Below, piece by piece: positions 57,763-64,000 of a stretch of DNA of 64,000 bases. Numbering within the stretch: the stretch's first letter is position 1; each line of letters starts with the position of its first letter. Both the position numbers and the translations under genes were made by a program. Where the stretch lies: the IMG/VR virus record IMGVR_UViG_3300047357_001465; one strand, 5' to 3'. Origin of the DNA: an uncultured virus (IMG/VR IMGVR_UViG_3300047357_001465) (taxonomy: Duplodnaviria > Heunggongvirae > Uroviricota > Caudoviricetes). The notes under the pieces were generated by a model that saw only the letters and a list, made by a program, of their open reading frames with translations, was not told where the DNA came from and searched no databases.

Positions 57763-58233
57763 TTGAGGTCTGACATGAACACTGACGACATACTCAACTC
57801 GACAGCCCATTTTTTGAAAGAATACTTTGATATGGAAGATTGGAGTGTTGATGAAACTCCGCCTTCATTTACCCTCTTCAATCTTTATACGAAAGACGAA
57901 GAAGAGTGGGCATATCATTTCTTGCCCGTCAAAGACCTTTGTGGCGTCGAGCCTGAATTCTTGGCTCCGACTTTAAAGTCTGCACTTCACGAAAGCACCG
58001 AAGGAGAGAACCTTGCGTTTTTCGGGGTCTGTCAGGCTCCCGAAGGCGATCTCGAAGGCAGACTAGACCCCGAGTCAGAGTACTTCTTCCTTATACTGTA
58101 TCTGGCAGACAAAGATTCCTTTTACGGTAGTCTTTATGATTTTGATATGGCTGAGCTAGGGTCTCTTGATGTGTTCCAAGCATTCCCAGAATTAATGGAG
58201 GTAGACTTCTCTACCGAAGATATTGTCCACTAA
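57763..58233 (+). CDS. acidic hypothetical protein
   Basis: Probable start at MNTDD with a GAGG RBS. Confidence 0.55.
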   Translation: MRSDMNTDDILNSTAHFLKEYFDMEDWSVDETPPSFTLFNLYTKDEEEWAYHFLPVKDLCGVEPEFLAPTLKSALHESTEGENLAFFGVCQAPEGDLEGRLDPESEYFFLILYLADKDSFYGSLYDFDMAELGSLDVFQAFPELMEVDFSTEDIVH

Positions 58234-59689
58234 GGTATCTTCTAGTGATTTGGGAGGCTGACTTTTTCTTAGCTTCTTCATTTAGTTTACGGACGAAGTC
58301 CTTTGAGTTACGTTCGATGTCGCGGATCATATTTTTCACCTCTTTCATATAGCCTTTTTGATCAAACACCCCTTTTTCGTCTATGAACTTACCTATGGCT
58401 TTAGCTTCATCTTTACCGAATACGTTAAATACCGAACTGAGAGCTTCTTCAAGAACTTTCTCAGGGTCTACCTTAGCCCCCACCCTAACTCGGTCGAGTT
58501 CATTAAGCTGGAATAGGTTAGCGAATATTTCGGGGACTGTGAGTACAGCCCAAGCTCCGCCCGCCACCGCTTTCCCTGAAGCCGAGAGACCTGCATACAT
58601 TAAGCCTGTCATGGTACTTACTCCAAACCTAGCCGTCTGATCTAAAAGAGATTTAGAAGCCTCCCCTAATGCTTCCATAGCCCCCTTTTTGGCTTTGACT
58701 AGACATTCCGACACCTTATGCTCCTCCCCCTTCTTCAACCGCCCTTTGAACATCTCTCCGACCGCGTAAGAAATATTCTCCTTCATACTATTAGTATTTT
58801 CTTCCGTGGGGTTGGCAAACTCACTGAAACCTTTAGAGAATGCTACTGAGGGCTTAGGTATCTTTCTTGAGAGATTTTTGGTCACATCTTTCAGTATGTC
58901 TAACGGAAAATGGATAACCTTCCCGACCAAGTTCTTACGAGTATCGAAGACCTTGCGGTACTTTTTATCGTTCATGTCCATTTTTTTGTCGAGCCAAGTC
59001 TCAGTCGTTTTGTTTTTCTCTTCTTTATCCCGCTTCTTCAGGAAAGACTTTGCTTTGTCATGAAAGGGGCTATCAGGATCAGAGGCGTAACTCTTTACCG
59101 TAGACAGAGAAAGCTTTCGCCCTTGAAATCGAACTTTATCCGCACCCGCATTACCCACAATAGAGGAGGCCATGACCTGTCTCCCTTCGGGAGTTATTTC
59201 TCGATCAATCATAAGTGCTGGTCGGCGTACAAGAAAGTTAGGCCACTTCTCAAACCATTTCGAATAGAACTCGTCCTCACACACCTCCCTTATCGTCTTG
59301 TCTGGATTAGGGATATTAGGATCTGCGATATGTACGATGTAATTGCCTTTTTCACCTGTCACATCAAAGATGAGACTAGCGTGACTCCAATCCCTTCCTT
59401 CAGGATTCCATGCGATAAGAACAGGCTTTCCTTGGTCTGTCCATTCTTTAACTTGGGTGAGTGTCGCAGGGGTAGTGAGCGTAGCTCTGCACCCAAAGTA
59501 TTGAGCACAAGCTAATACTTCTTCCCACCTAGACCCTTGCATCGGTTTTGCACCTATGATTTCATTGACCTGCTCTTCTGTACATTTAACACCGAGTGCG
59601 TTCAGTGCCATGCAAGTAGAGGTCGAGACACAAGTGAATTGAGTCATCTGTCGGATTGGTGTTACGTTCGCTCTCGCGGATCTTCTCAT
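58211..59689 (-). CDS. C39-like cysteine peptidase fused to an unknown domain
   Basis: Q....TC, WSHAS and IADPN triad in the N-terminal region; C-terminus KKSASQITRRYL. Confidence 0.75.
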   Translation of the reverse strand: MRRSARANVTPIRQMTQFTCVSTSTCMALNALGVKCTEEQVNEIIGAKPMQGSRWEEVLACAQYFGCRATLTTPATLTQVKEWTDQGKPVLIAWNPEGRDWSHASLIFDVTGEKGNYIVHIADPNIPNPDKTIREVCEDEFYSKWFEKWPNFLVRRPALMIDREITPEGRQVMASSIVGNAGADKVRFQGRKLSLSTVKSYASDPDSPFHDKAKSFLKKRDKEEKNKTTETWLDKKMDMNDKKYRKVFDTRKNLVGKVIHFPLDILKDVTKNLSRKIPKPSVAFSKGFSEFANPTEENTNSMKENISYAVGEMFKGRLKKGEEHKVSECLVKAKKGAMEALGEASKSLLDQTARFGVSTMTGLMYAGLSASGKAVAGGAWAVLTVPEIFANLFQLNELDRVRVGAKVDPEKVLEEALSSVFNVFGKDEAKAIGKFIDEKGVFDQKGYMKEVKNMIRDIERNSKDFVRKLNEEAKKKSASQITRRYLSGQYLR

Positions 59690-59738
59690 AATACGCTCCC
59701 TTTTTATTTATTACGAAGAGGCGACTATAAGTAAATTA

Positions 59739-60272
59739 TTAGAAAGGCGTATGGCTCAACACAGGATCTGGGTAGCTTTTTAAGAAGCGTGCAAAGTGGA
59801 CTTGTGACACTCTAAGATTGAATATAGGGATATTACATAGATGTGCGGCACGAACCGCATACCTTGTGCCTCCTGACTCTTTCCCTACCATCAGAGGATC
59901 TCCCTCACAGTAGAAGACAACAAACTTAACAGGGTCTAACCTGTCAGGGTCGTCCCCGAAGATCTGGTACATATTCCTTATGATCAGAGATCGGGTGTAA
60001 GGCTTCATCCTGTTAAGAGGATACTCCCAGCATACCTCTTTAGCCTTTTCGACAGCCCATTCATGTTCTAGTATGTCTCTGGATCTTGAGAGCCATATCT
60101 GCTTTGAACCTTTTTCAATATCACACCCTGCCTCAAAAGCGGAGTCTGCTCCTTTAGCTCCCCCAGACCTCAAGACGAGTCCTTGACGAGAGCAAGCCCT
60201 CCCAATCTTCTGCATCATCTTGAGGCAGGTGTCGGGTGTGTTCCTATTTCCGATACCTGCGTAATAACTCAT
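59739..60272 (-). CDS. SLOG/DprA-like nucleotide-binding protein
   Basis: YAGIGNR, LRSGGAKGADSAFE and SGGT. Confidence 0.75.
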   Translation of the reverse strand: MSYYAGIGNRNTPDTCLKMMQKIGRACSRQGLVLRSGGAKGADSAFEAGCDIEKGSKQIWLSRSRDILEHEWAVEKAKEVCWEYPLNRMKPYTRSLIIRNMYQIFGDDPDRLDPVKFVVFYCEGDPLMVGKESGGTRYAVRAAHLCNIPIFNLRVSQVHFARFLKSYPDPVLSHTPF

Positions 60273-60285
60273 TTTACAAGTCCTT

Positions 60286-60330
60286 AAAAAAGAAGACCCC
60301 CCAACACCACAAAAGGTGAAGGGGGGTCTT
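60286..60330 (-). terminator. probable intrinsic terminator after the SSB-like gene
   Basis: AAGACCCCCC...GGGGGGTCTT stem followed by a T-run on the minus strand. Confidence 0.65.
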
Positions 60331-60380
60331 AAGTATCATCTGAAGGAGTCTAGGACTGTCCTTCGGACAGGAGACTCATC

Positions 60381-61139
60381 TTACTTGATGAGGTCGTCCA
60401 AGAGGTCTTCGGCTTCGAAGTTAGCTGTAAAACCACTTGCTGAAGCAGTAGGTGACCCGACAGAGTTGCTAGAACTCTGTGCGAACTTCTCAACAAGCTC
60501 ATCATATGTGAAGACATTGACGAGGCTGTTGATAGATTCCTCAGCGAATTGCCCTCGTCTCACGATCTCGTTAAATACTTCAGGCTTGGTCTGCGATAGA
60601 ACCCTCAAGAGACTCTCCTTGCGTGGGGTGAATGTCATCTGATGCATGTCATTCGTCACGCTGATCTGAAGATCATGCTGAGAGAAGGGGTAGTCATGGA
60701 CGAGTGCTTGAAGTTGCTGGAGCTTTGACTTCGTAAAGCCGTAGGTCTTGACTTGGAATTCTCCGTTTGAGAGGCGGTTCTTATCAACCTGACCCTTGTG
60801 GTCCAAAGGCCACAACACAAGTGTGGTGTATGCCTTGGTTTGAGCCTTCGCGGGTGATCCGTCGCGATTAGCGGGAATCCCCGGAATTGAAGCGAAGCGT
60901 GGCTCTTTGACGAGGAACTTCCCAACCCCACGACCACCCCACATTGAAGTGAGTGCAGTCATATTTGGATTTGTGGGAACTTCATCATTCTCAAATTGAA
61001 GAGATCCCTCTTTGAGGCCTGGGAGTGAGATGAAAGAAACTCGGTACTGATCACCCTTCTTGGGCTTAAGCTCTGTTCCTTCGGTGTCTAGTGCGGGGGG
61101 CGTTTCTTTGCCGAGTGTAAACTCTGTGAATTCTGACAT
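60381..61139 (-). CDS. putative ssDNA-binding protein
   Basis: Low-complexity linker and acidic C-terminus (EAEDLLDDLIK); strong RBS. Confidence 0.5.
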   Translation of the reverse strand: MSEFTEFTLGKETPPALDTEGTELKPKKGDQYRVSFISLPGLKEGSLQFENDEVPTNPNMTALTSMWGGRGVGKFLVKEPRFASIPGIPANRDGSPAKAQTKAYTTLVLWPLDHKGQVDKNRLSNGEFQVKTYGFTKSKLQQLQALVHDYPFSQHDLQISVTNDMHQMTFTPRKESLLRVLSQTKPEVFNEIVRRGQFAEESINSLVNVFTYDELVEKFAQSSSNSVGSPTASASGFTANFEAEDLLDDLIK

Positions 61140-61245
61140 CAGAAATTCTCCTTGTATATGATAGAAATGAGCTCAGTGATGTTCAGACCATTCTGACTTC
61201 CATGTCGCTCAAGTTACTTATACAAAAGAAGACCGTTCCCACAAA

Positions 61246-61530
61246 TTATTTTCCACCTAGCCGAAAACTTATCTCTTCTTCACATATGAGAGCCAGCACC
61301 TCAATCAGAACATCCTTAAGAGTGGGGTACTTGACGACCTCGTTCAAAAACCACAGGTCTCCCTGTTTCTTCAAGTATAGGTCTTGACCACCGTGAGTTC
61401 TAATAGAAATCTTAGTGGGTGATCTAGACACCTTGACTCGTAGGGAAGTTTCGATGCTACCTCTAGGGATTGTACCTATGTCAGAGGCAAACAAACTTTT
61501 AACAATATCGAATGCCTCTGGAATAGTCAC
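61246..61530 (-). CDS. hypothetical protein
   Basis: 94-aa ORF. Confidence 0.5.
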   Translation of the reverse strand: MTIPEAFDIVKSLFASDIGTIPRGSIETSLRVKVSRSPTKISIRTHGGQDLYLKKQGDLWFLNEVVKYPTLKDVLIEVLALICEEEISFRLGGK

Positions 61531-61533
61531 AGT

Positions 61534-62121
61534 CTACCTTACTTTCTTGTCTAGGCTAATATTAAGGTCATATTCCTTGCCTACAAACCAGCCAATAACA
61601 AACATCACTACTCCATAGAGGAGACTTCCGAGTAGGCCAGCTTCCTTATCGTGCGATGCAGATTTTCTAACCCCTATCACCTTAAACAGGTATTTGAGTA
61701 CACAGCCTAGTATGAAGGTCGCTAGGCGAATGATATTTTTTCCAAGGAAGAAAATAAGTCCTGCATTTTTGCGGAGAGAGGCTCTACGGACAAGAGGGTT
61801 GTCGAGGACGATCTCTGGATTCTTCTTTGCTTTGATCAAGAACTCCACCTGCTTGATAGGATTAGGGCCTACCTGAGCACTGAGCTCTTTCATAGCCTGC
61901 TCGTATTCGCGTGTCTTTGACACCTTTATGTAACTCTGGGCTATTTTTTTAGGAGACCCTGCTCTTTTGAACGTTGAGGCGACATCCCGTTGCACACGCT
62001 TGAAGATTTCGATCTTCTCTTTGATCTTCTCTTTCACATCGGAGAGAAATGCTTGCCTCTCAAGTTGAGCGATCCTATTTTCAAGAACGGCGATTTTCTG
62101 TGATGCTGTTAGTTGTCTCAT
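61534..62121 (-). CDS. leader-bearing membrane-segment cargo protein
   Basis: Starts MRQLTASQKIAVLENRIAQLERQA (start re-assigned to 62121); internal RRAS/KNAG and RKSAS/KEAG before hydrophobic helices. Confidence 0.7.
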   Translation of the reverse strand: MRQLTASQKIAVLENRIAQLERQAFLSDVKEKIKEKIEIFKRVQRDVASTFKRAGSPKKIAQSYIKVSKTREYEQAMKELSAQVGPNPIKQVEFLIKAKKNPEIVLDNPLVRRASLRKNAGLIFFLGKNIIRLATFILGCVLKYLFKVIGVRKSASHDKEAGLLGSLLYGVVMFVIGWFVGKEYDLNISLDKKVR

Positions 62122-62172
62122 GCTGTTACCCTTTCTTAGGTTCACATGAGAGGGGGGGGTATAAAAGAACGA

Positions 62173-62715
62173 TTACATTTCTTCGATCTCTTGCCTGAAG
62201 TCATCAGCCCAGTCTTCAATGTCCTTTCCAAAGGTCTTTAAGAGACGGCGGCCGTCAGGAGATGAAGAGAAGAGTTTCCAGCCCAGATTACTTTTAATGC
62301 GACCTGCGTCCAAGTAAGCTTTAAGTTTTTTAACGTCAAGCTTGTCTCCTTGCTTTCGCAGAGAGATCAAGATAACGGGGTTCTTTGGGGTCTCTGGGAT
62401 TTTCCTGAAGATTATGGAGAGACAGAATTTATTGTGTCTGAAGTCTACCACATAATCAAAGATCTCTACCCTAGACCCTTTTCTGCGACCTGCGAAGTTA
62501 GAGAACACAGAGTAATACTTCATCAAATGGGTAGAAAACGTGTCTCCTACCTGATCTGTAGGGTCATCAAAAGTCTCTTCGAAATCTCTTTCGTAAGGTT
62601 CCGCTTGTTCGTCAAGCCAATCTTGGAATCCTTCTTCGATACTTGTTATAAGAGTCTCAGATATGCTGTCCGCAACTCGCTTCGATTTGCCGAACAAGTT
62701 TCTTATGTACTTCAT
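62173..62715 (-). CDS. leader-less paralog of 2157..2756
   Basis: IEEGFQDWLDEQ vs ISKGYEQWLIDQ; IKSNLGWK vs IKNGLAWK; GKDIEDW vs GREIEDY. Confidence 0.65.
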   Translation of the reverse strand: MKYIRNLFGKSKRVADSISETLITSIEEGFQDWLDEQAEPYERDFEETFDDPTDQVGDTFSTHLMKYYSVFSNFAGRRKGSRVEIFDYVVDFRHNKFCLSIIFRKIPETPKNPVILISLRKQGDKLDVKKLKAYLDAGRIKSNLGWKLFSSSPDGRRLLKTFGKDIEDWADDFRQEIEEM

Positions 62716-62774
62716 AGGTGGTTGCCTTTCATCGTTGGTATGAATTAATATTAACTAACTATAAGGAGTCTAAT

Positions 62775-63344
62775 GTGAGAGTTGTTGTTGAGGGGTTGAT
62801 TGGTGTAGGTAAGTCCACGTTTACAACAGAAGCGAGTAGGATTCTCCAGCTTCAAGCTCAATATGAGTCTGTGGATGATAATCCTTTCTTAAGCAAGTTC
62901 TATGAAGACACCCACAGATGGGGCTACACTCTTCAGATGCACTTCTTATATGACAGACTAGATAAGCACATGACTAAGGACATGATATTAGACAGATCTA
63001 TCTGGGGAGATCTCTGTTTCGCCAATATCCTGTTTCAAGATGGAATACTTACCGAAGATGAGCATCAATCCTATATCAAGCATTTTCAGATCGCTCAGGC
63101 GTTTGTGCCTCATGTAGATTATTGCATACATCTTCATATTGAAGTTGAAGAAGCACAAAAAAGAATAGCCAAGAGGGGTCGTGACTTTGAGTCTGGGATC
63201 ACTGCTGACTATTTACATAAGTTACAGGATCAACTCGATCAGTTACCCTCTTGGCTACCCAAGAGTACTCAATATATTAGAGTTGATTGGGAAGATATGA
63301 CTCTCCCTGAGATGAGGAAGAAGATTGAATCAATCCCTATTTGA
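62775..63344 (+). CDS. deoxynucleoside kinase
   Basis: VEGLIGVGKST, DRSIWGD and RIAKRGRDFE; GTG start after AAGGAG. Confidence 0.9.
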   Translation: MRVVVEGLIGVGKSTFTTEASRILQLQAQYESVDDNPFLSKFYEDTHRWGYTLQMHFLYDRLDKHMTKDMILDRSIWGDLCFANILFQDGILTEDEHQSYIKHFQIAQAFVPHVDYCIHLHIEVEEAQKRIAKRGRDFESGITADYLHKLQDQLDQLPSWLPKSTQYIRVDWEDMTLPEMRKKIESIPI

Positions 63345-63861
63345 AAGTAAGGATACTTACGCCATCTTCACGATGGGTAGAGGGTCTTGAACTTTCCCAT
63401 AGCTTCGGGTTACGAATGTCCAAGAAAGAAGCTCCGTTTCGAGAAAGTTCCGCTGAAGTGTCAGGCAGAGCATTAAGCCTTTTTTGAAGCTGTGCAGGCT
63501 CGTTAGACCACCCTCCGATTACCTTCAAGGTAACTCCATCACGACTCGGCTTCACAATGGTTTTCACGCTAGATGGGTAGGTGCCTTCTACTAGACTCGC
63601 CACGACAAGGGCAGACCAAAAAGCGTTTGTATTCTTGTCGTTAACGGTGTGTACGAAAGAACTCGATCCGTCATCTTCTTTGATGACGATTAATTTTGAG
63701 GGGTTGACTGTCAACAAGACGTAGTGATCTCCTGCAAAAACAATGTCCTCCTGCCACTCGATCTCGCCGTCCCAACCGTACTTTTCGTGAAGTTGATCTT
63801 CTACCCTTGGGTCTAGTTCCCCATGTTCTGTGTATCTCGTTCTTTTTGCTGTATTTTTCAT
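63337..63861 (-). CDS. hypothetical protein
   Basis: Start MKNTAK with an AAGGG RBS. Confidence 0.55.
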   Translation of the reverse strand: MKNTAKRTRYTEHGELDPRVEDQLHEKYGWDGEIEWQEDIVFAGDHYVLLTVNPSKLIVIKEDDGSSSFVHTVNDKNTNAFWSALVVASLVEGTYPSSVKTIVKPSRDGVTLKVIGGWSNEPAQLQKRLNALPDTSAELSRNGASFLDIRNPKLWESSRPSTHREDGVSILTFK

Positions 63862-64000
63862 ATTTCCCTTAGTTGGGTGCCGACCCGAAGAACAGGTAGC
63901 CTTTGACTTTCCCAACCTTAACTTGATTGCGAACACCTTTTACAGTGTATGTAGGCAACTTCGACGATTCCTGATAAGAGATCGACCCAAATTCTTGTAC

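Noticed and set aside
58910..59515. 201-aa plus-strand ORF and similar antisense ORFs inside long genes
   Set aside because: Fully nested opposite well-supported genes; no RBS or motifs
1..64000. Stop-codon reassignment
   Set aside because: Long intact ORFs and dense coding under the standard code; TAA, TAG and TGA all end genes
1..64000. tRNA or rRNA genes
   Set aside because: No cloverleaf or rRNA-like sequence seen by eye in the short intergenic gaps; tRNAscan-SE was not run

Overview
A gene-dense 64 kb segment of a large (jumbo-type) myovirus genome in the standard genetic code. The host is probably diderm, since the window encodes an outer-membrane barrel and a lipoprotein. Virion genes: a 1603-aa tail sheath, prohead protease, repeat-rich scaffold, decoration protein and major capsid protein. 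DNA and nucleotide metabolism genes: RuvC, SNF2 and UvrD helicases, topoisomerase IB, RecA, N-terminal half of SbcC, SbcD, DnaX, ThyX, dNK, MazG and an SSB-like protein. It also carries NusG-like and sigma/HTH-like regulators, an inserted two-subunit M.AquI-like C5 methyltransferase and a membrane-anchored class III cyclase operon. Three linked, unannotated features stand out. (1) A reusable N-terminal leader (MRQLTASQKIA.LE.RIA.LE(K/R)xA) is fused to unrelated proteins, and (K/R)-x-A(S) motifs fall at domain boundaries in the scaffold and many orphan proteins. This suggests a capsid-targeting and protease-maturation system for a large, shuffled set of packaged cargo. (2) A 14-nt motif (about AATAGTnnnTTTAT) lies 27-49 nt upstream of about 21 of these genes. 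(3) Hairpins that occlude the ribosome-binding site (RBS) overlap many of these promoters. Family assignments come from reading motifs by eye and from recalled family sequences; no database search was run.
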